A stretch of 64,000 nucleotides of DNA from Leptolyngbyaceae cyanobacterium. Its GTDB lineage: Bacteria; Cyanobacteriota; Cyanobacteriia; Phormidesmidales; Phormidesmidaceae. Positions 38,039 through 48,135 of the stretch are shown here, in pieces. The notes below the pieces were generated by a model. That model searched no databases. It was given only the letters and a program-made list of their open reading frames with translations, and was not told where the DNA came from. The stretch's first letter is position 1, and each line of letters starts with the position of its first letter. Where the stretch lies: the NCBI GenBank assembly GCA_965263355.1, contig CBDHHL010000039.1, forward strand, positions 1-64,000, in the 5' to 3' direction. Both the position numbers and the translations under genes were made by a program.

Positions 38039-39163
38039 TCAAGCAGCGATAGCAGGCTGAGCCCGTCTTACATCGCCTTCCGGTTGAGCGGTCATTGCCC
38101 CGACCGCTTTAATGTTCTTGCTGGCGTTATCATCCCGGTCGTGAATGGTCAAGCACTCTGGACACTGCCATTCACGCACCTTGAGATCTAGGCTATCGAG
38201 GACATGACCACACTCTGAGCAGGTTTTAGAGCTGGGATACCACTGGTCAATGTAGACCACTTGCTTACCCTTCTTAGCTGCAACACATTCCAGAATGCCG
38301 AGGAATTCAGCAAAAGCTAAATCGTTAACCTTGCGTCCCCATAGCCGTTGCATCCCCTTGAGGTTCAACGTCTCAAAATAGAGAATATCGAACTCATCGG
38401 TTAATCTGTGGGCCAACTTCCAAAACCAATCTTTACGACGGTTAGCGATAGTCTCATGCTTGCGAGCAAGGTTTAATCGTGCCCGTTCCCGATTAGCCGA
38501 TCCCTTTTTCTTTCGGGATAACTGGCGGGATGCCTTTTTGATCTCCTTAATAGACTGCTTAAAGAACAATGGCGACTGAATCTTGAAGCCTTCAGAGCAG
38601 GTGAGAAAGTCTTTCAGGCCAAAGTCAAAACCAGCGGTTTTACCCGTCTCGGCAGTGACCCGAACGTCTACAGAATCAACGACAACGGCAATAAATAACT
38701 CACCTAACGGTGTCCGCTTAATGGTGAGCGTTTTTACCTTGCCATCAATCTCTCTACTATTCCAGAACTGATAGACCTTATTCCCTATCTTCAGACGATT
38801 GCCGCCAAGGAACTTATAGCCAGCTTGCTTAAGTGTGAATGATTTATACTTTTTAACCTTCTTAAATGACGGTGGCTTAACCCCCTTGTCATGGTGCTTA
38901 AAGAACAACTGATATGCCCGCTCAATCCGTTGACAGATATCCTGCACAGCTTGAGACCCCACCAACTGCCAAAACGGGTTACGCTTTCTAAGCTTGGCGA
39001 TATGCTTCTGAAGCTTGGCACAGTTCAAGTGCTTGCCAAACATGCGGTAATACCGCTTATGCAAAGCAATGCAGTGGTTATAGATAACGCCAGCAGCATT
39101 GATAGACCGCTTTAGATACCTATTCCGTTTGTGACTGTATAACTTAAACTTCAGTGTTCTCAT
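38039..39163 (-). CDS. tnpB: TnpB RNA-guided nuclease
   Basis: ATG 39163; RuvC D (GFDFG), E (FETL), D (DRDDNA); CSEC/CPEC zinc finger all intact. Confidence 0.95.
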   Translation of the reverse strand: MRTLKFKLYSHKRNRYLKRSINAAGVIYNHCIALHKRYYRMFGKHLNCAKLQKHIAKLRKRNPFWQLVGSQAVQDICQRIERAYQLFFKHHDKGVKPPSFKKVKKYKSFTLKQAGYKFLGGNRLKIGNKVYQFWNSREIDGKVKTLTIKRTPLGELFIAVVVDSVDVRVTAETGKTAGFDFGLKDFLTCSEGFKIQSPLFFKQSIKEIKKASRQLSRKKKGSANRERARLNLARKHETIANRRKDWFWKLAHRLTDEFDILYFETLNLKGMQRLWGRKVNDLAFAEFLGILECVAAKKGKQVVYIDQWYPSSKTCSECGHVLDSLDLKVREWQCPECLTIHDRDDNASKNIKAVGAMTAQPEGDVRRAQPAIAA

Positions 39164-39204
39164 ATGTCTATGATAACATGATATAGACATATAGCAATAG
39201 ACAA

Positions 39205-39603
39205 ATGGCGCAAAAATATCGACATGATAATACGTCGGTCTCACTCATCAACTATCACTTTGTTTGGATAGTGAGACGACGCAAAAAGATATTGAAGGGG
39301 GATCTAGATAATCGCCTGAAAGAACTGATACGTCAGGCAGTTACAGAAATTGACTGCCAGCTGATAGCACTAGAAACCGATTTAGATCACGTTCATCTAT
39401 TTCTGAATGCTCACCCACGGTTAGCGCCCTATCAAATCATGCATAAGGTTAAGGGGTTAAGCTCCAACGTTCTGAGAAAGGAGCAACCCTGGTTAAAACA
39501 AAAACTCCCGTCACTATGGACAAGGAGCTATTTTGTGAGCACTATGGGCAATGTCTCAGGGGATACGATTAAGCGCTATGTTGAGGAACAGAAAACTAAA
39601 TGA
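39205..39603 (+). CDS. tnpA: Y1 HUH transposase
   Basis: YHFVW, DHVHLF (HUH), LWTRSYF, IKRYVEEQ (catalytic Tyr). Confidence 0.95.
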   Translation: MAQKYRHDNTSVSLINYHFVWIVRRRKKILKGDLDNRLKELIRQAVTEIDCQLIALETDLDHVHLFLNAHPRLAPYQIMHKVKGLSSNVLRKEQPWLKQKLPSLWTRSYFVSTMGNVSGDTIKRYVEEQKTK

Positions 39604-39669
39604 TTGTTCGTTTTATATCCCACGGTTGAAACCAGTGGGCTTTACGGTGTTTGCTGTAGCTAATAATGT

Positions 39670-39744
39670 ACGACTACACGAGCGCTTCAGGTCACCAAAC
39701 CTGAAGCGCTCGTGTAGTCGTCTGTTTCGATGTTTGTAGTTTAG
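39670..39744. repeat. 23-bp perfect inverted repeat; shares ~46 bp with 58012-58057
   Basis: ACGACTACACGAGCGCTTCAGGT-CACCAA-ACCTGAAGCGCTCGTGTAGTCGT. Confidence 0.85.
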
Positions 39745-39751
39745 GTAAAAC

Positions 39752-41011
39752 TTAGGAAAGCTCTTCTTTTAGTCCTGAGATTTCGACATTACGCGGTTCC
39801 TCAGCCATTCCTGAGCCTGCGTTTTCATCGTTCCCAGCTGTTCGACTACGATCGCTGTTACTGCCATAAACACCAAGCCCAGTAGTCCATTCAACAACAG
39901 CAGCAGTCGCATCTCCTGCGGTTTCGGCTGCATAGTTTGGCGGGTCTGGTTGGTCTGAGTCTGCATGGTTAATAATCCCTAAACGACCTAGGCCATATTG
40001 AACGTACTTACTTCCTGTGATTAAAACGAACAATCCAGCTAATAGAAAAACCGTAAAACCTAAAATGCTGGCAACTGTGCGGCCTAGTTCAAGTGCTGTA
40101 ACGACGATAGACTGGATAATTTTAATCGTTGCGCCAAAAGCAGCTTGAACATATAGCCAAGCCAACAATGGTAACTCTTTCCAATCAAATCCTGGCTCAC
40201 TCTTTTGCTCACTTGGTTTTTGCTTAAAGTCTTCAAGAATATCTCGAAGCTCACCGAACATATTTTCAAGGTTGCCAATACGCTGGTTGGTGGAGTAACC
40301 ACCACCATAATTTTTAGTTTTGCCCATGTTCTTACCTTCTAGTTTGAACTCAATCCATCGATGATCCGATGGATTTTCGGCCTTGTTACACGGGATATCG
40401 CTGGTTTGTGCAGTCCCCTGCAACCCACGCACAAAAACTAGATCCAATAATGATCTATGCCGGGAACAATGCGTGGGTTGCTCTCTATTTTGGGGACGGA
40501 TCCAATCAATATCCCCTCCAACAAGCTTGTAAAAAGCAGGATCACGACTGCCGCCTTCCCTGCTCTCAATATCTAAATTAAAGTCGCCAATTGCAATCAC
40601 TCGCGGCTTAGTCAGCATCCAGTTTCTAAGCCTGACCGCTTCACAAGCCCTTGCCATTCGATTGCGACGACGCAAGTGAACAACAACTATCCAGAAGTTG
40701 TCTCCAACTTCAGGCTTTAAGTGCAGTGCAATACTGGCTCTGCCTTTTCCGTCACAGTTAACGTTATTAAGTTCTCTATGCTCTAAAACGGCAATTGTGT
40801 CGGCAACATATATCGACAGTGTTTGGCCACCACACGGCTGGGTAAATGCTTCATAGTGCCTGCCGGAAAGCTTATAGAGTTCTTCGAGCCAACTTATATC
40901 TTCGCCTGCTTGGACTTCGGCAAAAGCGTAAATATCTTTGCCGGGTGGGAGATGGGGCACGATCTCACTCGCACCCTTCATAAACCCATTCCAGAAAACT
41001 ACTGATTGCAT
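39752..41011 (-). CDS. EEP-family (endonuclease/exonuclease/phosphatase) domain fused to a membrane protein
   Basis: FAEV, VVHL, GDFN, LDLVF, SDH motifs, then hydrophobic C-terminal half. Confidence 0.75.
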   Translation of the reverse strand: MQSVVFWNGFMKGASEIVPHLPPGKDIYAFAEVQAGEDISWLEELYKLSGRHYEAFTQPCGGQTLSIYVADTIAVLEHRELNNVNCDGKGRASIALHLKPEVGDNFWIVVVHLRRRNRMARACEAVRLRNWMLTKPRVIAIGDFNLDIESREGGSRDPAFYKLVGGDIDWIRPQNREQPTHCSRHRSLLDLVFVRGLQGTAQTSDIPCNKAENPSDHRWIEFKLEGKNMGKTKNYGGGYSTNQRIGNLENMFGELRDILEDFKQKPSEQKSEPGFDWKELPLLAWLYVQAAFGATIKIIQSIVVTALELGRTVASILGFTVFLLAGLFVLITGSKYVQYGLGRLGIINHADSDQPDPPNYAAETAGDATAAVVEWTTGLGVYGSNSDRSRTAGNDENAGSGMAEEPRNVEISGLKEELS

Positions 41012-41154
41012 CCAAATAGTAATTGACGGCGTTGCTTGGATATTAGCCTAGTTTTTTGATTTTGGCACTGGTAATAATTGTCATGCAAAATACAAATCCG
41101 GATGTTGCGGTCAAAATTGTGAATGCTTTAACAGTCGTGCATTAATAACTACCG

Positions 41155-41421
41155 ATGTTTCAAAAAATTGCGAAAACGATCGCGCTGAGCAAGGTCGACG
41201 AAGTTCTTAGCCGGGATCGGCGTATCAGTATTCCAGCTCAAAAGTCTATCAACCTATGGGCTTTGGCTGAACTAGGCAAGCCTGCTTATTCAGATGATGG
41301 GATTTTACAGGACGGGTTTGCTATCGGAGGCTGGGATTTGTTCAGCCGATATTTTTGGATTAACCACTCCACTGGCAAAAAAGCAAAATTTTCTAATGCC
41401 ACAGGTAATCGTAAAAAGTAA
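41155..41421 (+). CDS. Hypothetical protein
   Basis: 88-aa ATG ORF. Confidence 0.45.
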   Translation: MFQKIAKTIALSKVDEVLSRDRRISIPAQKSINLWALAELGKPAYSDDGILQDGFAIGGWDLFSRYFWINHSTGKKAKFSNATGNRKK

Positions 41422-41727
41422 CCTGCATCGCCACAGGATAGTCAGGCAATGCAGGTTTCTTAAAAAAGACTTATTTTGGTTTGTCGGCAGTGGTGGCGAC
41501 TGGCTTTGTATTCGGTCGGACGGCGCGATCGTAGGTGGTCGCTGTGAATTATTTGTTGATGTGCGCGTTGAATAAAGCAAGCATCACTTCATGAACCTGT
41601 TGATCTTTTTCTTTGATGCGATTTGCGATGTCGCATTCATCCAGTCTGTAGACGATTCTTTCAGCAGCATCACGGCATTCAGCCATGAGCTTAATTGAAT
41701 TCGAATTCAAGAAAATAGGTGTCATAA

Positions 41728-42279
41728 TTATTTTCCAATCCTTAGCACTAATGAACGAACGTTAAGCCGGATTTCATCCAACGATTTTAGTATTTGTTCT
41801 TTTCTGGATACACCAGTTAATTCTTTTTGCCAGCCTGTTTTATTAATGCCCGTCTTTTCTTCTAACACTTGACCAAACGTCGTGCTATCAAAACCACGAT
41901 CCCTCGCCTCTTCTACACAGTAAAAATACTCGTTAGGAATAGGTAATCTAACGCCTGACTTAATTAGGCAAGCTGTCCCAATCCCTGTCATTATCCCAAT
42001 AAATGGTAAATCTTCTGCAGTCTTTTTGTCCCAATTAATATCTAAAGCACTTTCAATTGAGATGATAATATCTGTTTCTTGAACTAAATCTTTTTCTATT
42101 AAATAATGAGCCCTTTCAAAACAAAGGTCTGTTCCCTGTGGAATGCCCACAGGTTGCTCAATCGTGGTCGGGGTTTTATAGCCTATGACTTCAATTTCTT
42201 TCCCCCATTCAAAGGAATGAACCCATTCTTCAACTACTGGTAATTTGTGTTGACTTTGACTGGTTACAACTATTTTCAT
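41728..42279 (-). CDS. Inosine/xanthosine triphosphatase-like (YjjX/DUF84 fold)
   Basis: MKIVVTS...K, EQPVG, ISIES, LTGVSR motifs. Confidence 0.7.
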   Translation of the reverse strand: MKIVVTSQSQHKLPVVEEWVHSFEWGKEIEVIGYKTPTTIEQPVGIPQGTDLCFERAHYLIEKDLVQETDIIISIESALDINWDKKTAEDLPFIGIMTGIGTACLIKSGVRLPIPNEYFYCVEEARDRGFDSTTFGQVLEEKTGINKTGWQKELTGVSRKEQILKSLDEIRLNVRSLVLRIGK

Positions 42280-42322
42280 TTTTGTTTCCCAAATAACATT
42301 TCTTGAGGCCAGTATCCATCTA

Positions 42323-42358
42323 TGAACTACCCCACCGTGTAGACGGATAGGGAATTCC
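42323..42358 (-). mobile_element. Orphan IS200/IS605-type end hairpin
   Basis: Minus strand GGAATTCCCTATCCGTCTACACGGTGGGGTAGTTCA (GAAT-hairpin-TTCA). Confidence 0.45.
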
Positions 42359-42367
42359 GCTTATTTG

Positions 42368-44387
42368 TTAAATATTTTCACGATTAACCACAATCTCTTC
42401 TAGAGTTTCTAGCCGTTGGGTGTGATTTTTCAGGATGTTCACTTGTTTGTTTAGTTCGTCAATTTCTTCTTGCAAGAAAGCAATTTTCTTACTTTGTTTT
42501 CTGCTAACGCCAGAAGTGGCGATGTTTTCTATTGCCATGATAGCCATGGCTATTAAGCCAAATAACAAAAAATCCATTTTAATCATCGCCTCGCATACGT
42601 CGCATCATTTCAATTTGATCTCGTCGATCCATTCCCTCAAACACCCCTGCCAAAATGAATTCCTAAAAAAATCGAACAAACAAACAAAATAACGCCTACT
42701 ACAATCCCAAATCCCCAAGCGCCAACTAACCCACAGGGGACGCCTAACAATAAAACAGTCCTAAAAACTTTGATTGCGAACTGCCTTTGAGCTTCAAGTT
42801 TTAACGCGGCTAGCTCTTCACCGCCTTCTTCTGACATATATACTTGAGTCTGCCAAAAATTAGTTATGCCTTGTTCATACCGTTGATGATACGAATCTTT
42901 GAGGATGGTTAATTGTTGCTCTGCCAAGGCAGTTCCCAACTGTCGTGTTGCATCAACAAGACGATTAGTAGATGGGGATTTGACTTGTATTTCTGTGCTT
43001 GCCATCCCGACCATCCTCCAAATGCATACATACCCATCATGCAGGCTAAAAACAAAAATCTTTTCACTGCCGCTTTCTCCAAACCACTACGCCTGACACG
43101 ATCGCGCCTACTCCGCTAGCCATTGACGCTGTATCAATGCTGCGAGCCCGATAGCTCTTTAGGTCACCGGATGCGATCGCTAGTAATAACTGAGCTAAAA
43201 ACAATACTCCGAAACAAGCCCCCACCCCGCAAGCTAATGAAAAATATTTAGGTTGCTTGGCAATGGATTGAGCAGTGATATTAATAGTTTTTTCAGCAGT
43301 AGTAGCAGTCCAACCTGGGAGATTGCCATAGTTAAACGGATCAACTGACATGGCCCACCTCCAACCGAGAGTAAGGCTGTGGTTGCTGTTGCCTTGGTGC
43401 TCTAACCGTCCAAAGTAAAAGCCACATAGACAGCAGTGCAAAAATAGCCGCTATAAACAATGACTGATACTCTTTTAACCTATTGGACAATAAAGACTTT
43501 TTTTGCACCTGACTGAGGATAAGTGAAGCCTCGGTTGCATCCCCTTCGTACTCAAAGCAAGTGCCGTCAGGGCTGGTAATTTTGATTGTCGTAATAGGCT
43601 GCTGTTCAGCCCTGACGATATTTGACATCTTCCTAGCCTTCCTCAACCACTAATAGATCTTCGGCAATAGGCGCATATGCATCCTGAACGGAGGCAATAA
43701 GCATGTTTGCTACTTGCGCATTCACATCTTCCATAAAGTGCACAACGTCTTGTGCAGCTATATTCATCTCTTTTAAGTAGGCATTAGCTGTAGCCGCTTT
43801 CCATGCAGTTGCGTTAGAAATAGCAATTTGCTCTGGCGTAACCGGAGCAGACACTTCAGTCTTGATATTCTTTGCGGCCTGATCACCGTTCAACTTGGCA
43901 GTACTACGCTTTTTAGTGCGCCGTTCAATTTTATTGTTTTGAACGGCGTTAGCAGTAGCTAGCGCGCCATCTTTAGGTTTTGCCTGAAATTCACTCATCA
44001 TCATTCTCCCAATAATCGTTTTCTTTTTTCAACTAATGCTTGCTCGAAGCGACTTTCAAGATCATCGCGTGACCCACCGACTAGATCCACATATCCCAGC
44101 TTTGTCTCATCAGTAGGGCAATCAATCGCGTAGTCTTTGCGATCACCTCGCCAGCATGGATTACAACTTGACTTCCAAAGCTTCCAACAAAGGAATGCAT
44201 ACAAAATCCAAGCATCATGACGATCAATGCAACCGCTAGAGCAGTTCACCCTAGAAACATCAATCTTCAAATACTTGCAATCCTGAGCCAAGGCAGAATG
44301 CGAACGACCAAAAAGCTGCCCCGCTTCTCTTAGCGTTAGTAAGTTAGAAGGCGATTCAACTTTTTGAACACTCAACCAAGGCAACAT
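42368..44387 (-). CDS. Operon of six small proteins, four with TM segments (44001-44387, 43633-44004, 43341-43646, 43064-43351, 42637-43014, 42368-42586)
   Basis: Mostly coupled ORFs; hydrophobic stretches; first gene has an HTH-like N-terminus (LTLREAGQLFGRSHSAL). Confidence 0.6.
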
Positions 44388-44632
44388 CTTACTGCTTTTT
44401 GACTTTCTGTCAGTATCTTAGCAGTAAAAACTAGCCTGTCAACGGTTTATTTCTGGTGCGTGCGGTATGCACTCGATGTCTTTGCCTTGTTCTGTATAAT
44501 TCGCTACCGTTTTAGTTGTATAATATGCTTCACAGAATTATTCTGACTTAGGGTGAATTCTTTGACTGGAAAGGGTTCTAGGCTGTAAAGGGTCCTCGTA
44601 AGGGGTTAAGGACAAAAAATCAGATTTGCAGC

Positions 44633-44664
44633 AAAAAGCCCATCTTTTTGGGTAAAGATGGGCT
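44633..44664 (-). terminator. Intrinsic terminator
   Basis: AGCCCATCTTT-TTGGGT-AAAGATGGGCT with A-run. Confidence 0.7.
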
Positions 44665-44692
44665 GAAAAAAATATTTAGTTGTGTCACGCGG

Positions 44693-45904
44693 TTAGACCT
44701 TTTGGGCGCTGTACTTAGCTAATGTGTGCTGATCGACGCCCACCGGCATCCAAGCCCCATCGATAAAGCAGATGCGAGAATGGCCCGCTAAATCTGCGGA
44801 GACGGGCGGCATTGTAATTCCCTTGAAGTTTCTGGCAACTTGTTCATAAAGTCCCTTGTCAAACGTAAAGGTTTGCCCTTTCCATTCGATAGAATCTGTA
44901 GGCGATACGGAGACGTAACAAAGATTCAATTTTTTCACTGCCTTAGCATCATCTACCAGGGTCGTTGCTGTGAACTCTGGTGCAAGCGTCCAAATAGCCC
45001 GTTGTCTTTTTGCGCCTGCACTGGTTAAAGTTGCAATTTTATCAGCGACAACATGCATCAACTGATCTAGTGTGTCTGAATAAATATTACTAACTGAACC
45101 CGTGTAAGCCAGTTCGTCAAATATTAATAAGCTGTTCGGTTCCTGAAACCATTCCAGCACTAACGCGATCGCATCCTGAATTTTATTGACGGCAGTATTG
45201 GCATCGACAGAGGATAAATCGCAGCGGACAGATTTTGCGTGTTGCCAGTATACGCCGTCTTCTTCTTCGCCATAGCTGCATAGATTTATGTGAAATACTT
45301 TAGTTTGCTGCAGCCGATGTAACGCGAGTGAAGCACAAGCTGCCAGGTAACTTTTGCCCGTTCTCTGTCCTCCAAAGATAGCTCTAGAGATGAATGGCGA
45401 TTTTAATAATGTTAAAAATGCGGTTGGCTTCGTCCTTTCAGTCGGTTTAGCTGCGGGTTCGGCTTGAACCTTAGGCAGTGCCATAGCTCCTTTGACTGAT
45501 AATTCAGCTAATTTAGCTTCAGCTTTTGTCGCGGCTGCTGACTCGGCAACAGGCTTCATCGCCTCTAATTCACTCGCAGTAATTAATTGTTGCTGTTGGA
45601 CTTCTGCGTCTAAAATTACAGCCTGAGTTGCCAGCCTGGTTTCTTCAAACTCCTCAGCTTTGCCAACTAAAAAAAATGCCCATGTCGCCATACTAAACCC
45701 AGCGGCAGAGGCAATAATCTTTAGCCAGCCATAGCTAGGGCTAACGTCAATAACTTGTTTATTAGTCGATTGAGCAACAGCCCATGAATTGACTTGCTGT
45801 CCATCCTGCAAGGTATACGTGGGTTCTAACCGCCCTACACCTGCTAAAAGAGTAAGGCTAACCGACGCGGCCCCAACGATTGCAGCTTTAATCCTTCCGT
45901 CCAT
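44693..45904 (-). CDS. Membrane-anchored P-loop ATPase (FtsK/HerA/VirD4-like)
   Basis: Two N-terminal hydrophobic segments, coiled coil, GGQRTGKS Walker A, LLIFDE Walker B. Confidence 0.7.
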   Translation of the reverse strand: MDGRIKAAIVGAASVSLTLLAGVGRLEPTYTLQDGQQVNSWAVAQSTNKQVIDVSPSYGWLKIIASAAGFSMATWAFFLVGKAEEFEETRLATQAVILDAEVQQQQLITASELEAMKPVAESAAATKAEAKLAELSVKGAMALPKVQAEPAAKPTERTKPTAFLTLLKSPFISRAIFGGQRTGKSYLAACASLALHRLQQTKVFHINLCSYGEEEDGVYWQHAKSVRCDLSSVDANTAVNKIQDAIALVLEWFQEPNSLLIFDELAYTGSVSNIYSDTLDQLMHVVADKIATLTSAGAKRQRAIWTLAPEFTATTLVDDAKAVKKLNLCYVSVSPTDSIEWKGQTFTFDKGLYEQVARNFKGITMPPVSADLAGHSRICFIDGAWMPVGVDQHTLAKYSAQKV

Positions 45905-46298
45905 TGCTCTGGCCCTCGCTCAAAAATACAAATGCTCCAATAATTCCGATAACTACAATTGCTACCCAGTGCTTAAGCCCGACTAACTGCAATATTTCAG
46001 CAGCATCCCAAGACCCTAATGCAATCCCTGACAATTTAGCCAAGCCCGCCAAAGTAATAGACAATCGCTGATCACCTGGCGTTAGTGCCGCCCATGCCAA
46101 TAACGCGATCGCGCTAGCTCCCATAACGATACCAATCACAGGGGCAATAGGCGGCATAGTCCTAGCCAGCTGCGTCAAAAAGCAGCTAAGCGATGCCATC
46201 CCTACATAAAGGCATGCACGACGGGAACGGCCCCATACGGTTAACTGCGGTGCCTGTAATGGCGGTTGCGCGTTGAATAATTGTTGTTGTAAATCCAT
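45888..46298 (-). CDS. Multi-pass membrane protein
   Basis: About four hydrophobic segments. Confidence 0.65.
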   Translation of the reverse strand: MDLQQQLFNAQPPLQAPQLTVWGRSRRACLYVGMASLSCFLTQLARTMPPIAPVIGIVMGASAIALLAWAALTPGDQRLSITLAGLAKLSGIALGSWDAAEILQLVGLKHWVAIVVIGIIGAFVFLSEGQSNGRKD

Positions 46299-46750
46299 TA
46301 GCTAAATAATCTCCTCAGTCCTTTTTGTTTCCCGCCCTGCAACCGCTTATGATGTTTTCTGCCTAGCTCAATTAAGAGTCGCTGACGCTTTGTCTGCTCA
46401 ACTTCAACATCACTAGCCGCTTTAGCTTGGGATAGCTGCTTAACAGTTTCTGCCTTAGCCTCCATAGTGGTCATATGCCCTTGATGGCCTAGGACAGACT
46501 TCAGCATTTGCAATTTTTGTTTGTCAATTTCTCTAAGTTGCTCGTCAGCTGCCTTATATAAATCAGCCTGGGTTTTAACCGTTTTAGAGATAGACCTGAG
46601 CTTAGATTTAACAGCCCTAGCGTAAACGATGGCATACTGAGCCTGTACTTTTGCTAGCTCAGCAGACTGAGCCATTGCCGTTACATCTTCGGGCTTTACG
46701 TTAGTTATGTCCGTAATGACGCCAAGTTGCTGAAGTCTCTGGTCTAGCAT
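46298..46750 (-). CDS. Coiled-coil protein
   Basis: 150 aa, helical; first gene of the ATPase operon. Confidence 0.65.
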   Translation of the reverse strand: MLDQRLQQLGVITDITNVKPEDVTAMAQSAELAKVQAQYAIVYARAVKSKLRSISKTVKTQADLYKAADEQLREIDKQKLQMLKSVLGHQGHMTTMEAKAETVKQLSQAKAASDVEVEQTKRQRLLIELGRKHHKRLQGGKQKGLRRLFS

Positions 46751-46800
46751 ACACTTAATTGATACTGAATTCAGCTTAGTTTAACTCAATCTATACTAAT

Positions 46801-48097
46801 ATGGGAACGAATGAATCGGACAAGACTTTGCGCATCCAGGGAATAATCGATCCAGGGATGGCAGCCGCTATTCGTTCATATATGACTTTGGCTGGAGTCG
46901 ACTCGCCAACGTCAGCAGCGATCACGTTGCTCAGAAATTATCTGTATAGTTCCGAGTATCAAAGATATTTAGATAATGTAGCGTCACATCCAAGAGAAAA
47001 AAATAACTATGAATAACCTAGAAGAATTGTACCAAGACCTAACCGCTGCCACCATGGCCCAGCTAACAAATGCGTTGGGAGTGTATGCGTTCGCCGTTTC
47101 TACTTTCGATTGGCCGGAAGAAATCACAATTGGCATGGCGCTGAAGATGCTAGACGAGTTATTCGAGAACTCAAATCGGTTCTCTAGGGTGGAAAAAGAT
47201 TTTGTTGATGAGGCTAAGAGGCGCACTGAAGCCGCTATCATAGATGCGCTAAAAACTCAAAGACAAATTATTGGCCAGATCAAGCAGTCTTTACCGAGTG
47301 AAAATGATAAAAAATAAACCGTTGGTTCGCTCAAGAAAACTAAAACCGTGCAAAAAGACGATGAGTCTGGTTAAGCTGCAAGAGATCGCAAAAATAAATA
47401 AACAGGCTGAACAGATATTAAATTCAAGTTTTTAAGCCATGACTTATATATTGAAAGAATTAAAAACAGAATCTACCGAATACTCAATCAAACTAGAAAT
47501 CGTTTTACGAAAATCAAACAATTTGTTGATTATCACTGCTGAATCAACGCAAAGAGGGAATGCCTGGGCATTCGCTTCTTGTTTAAGCGAACTGATTGGG
47601 ACTGACGTAGAGGCACATGTCACTAAAAACAATGTTTTGATTGACAAGTGCCTGTTAAATGGGGATGTGCTTAGTGAGCTATCAACGTTTGAGCAGACTA
47701 AGACAATAGACGCATTGTTTGAAAAAATCTGGCGTGTTTCAAAAACACTTATACCAGAAGAAAGCGAGTGCGAAGAGGTTATTGTGTCGATGGTTGATAA
47801 AAATGATTAAAAAAATATTGTGCGCCATTGGCTGGCATAAATGGACTTGACTGCTGTCTGAAGTCAGGCATGTGGAAAATGAGTAAACAGCAAATCAATC
47901 AAGAAATACAAGACCTATGGTTCAAAGCGTTCCTGAGGGATCTGGATGAATTATTTGAGGGCAACGGGCTATCTTTGGTGCTAGAGGCCCAAGGTAGCTC
48001 GCTGATGATTCGCCTTATTAACGCAGAAGATGCTGATTTTGACCCAAGTGATTGGGTAAATCTGGTGGATTTGCCGTTAGCCAATTCAGACAAATAG
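46801..48097 (+). CDS. Four small rightward genes (46801-47016 possible RHH regulator, 47009-47317, 47439-47810, 47828-48097)
   Basis: Divergent from the ATPase operon. Confidence 0.55.
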
Positions 48098-48135
48098 GCT
48101 GCGAATCGCGAGATCGAGTGGCTGAATGTAGATCT

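Larger units (their letters stand above)
37999..39659 (-). mobile_element. IS200/IS605-family element (IS605 group, divergent tnpA/tnpB)
   Basis: Right end GAAT-hairpin(CCCACG...CGTGGG)-TCAA at 37999; left hairpin CCCAC...GTGGG 39619-39639. Left boundary (TTAG target) is approximate. Confidence 0.9.

Noticed and set aside
39670..39721. Palindrome as a protelomerase telRL site
   Set aside because: It has a 6-nt unpaired loop, no protelomerase is visible, and its homolog looks like a terminator.
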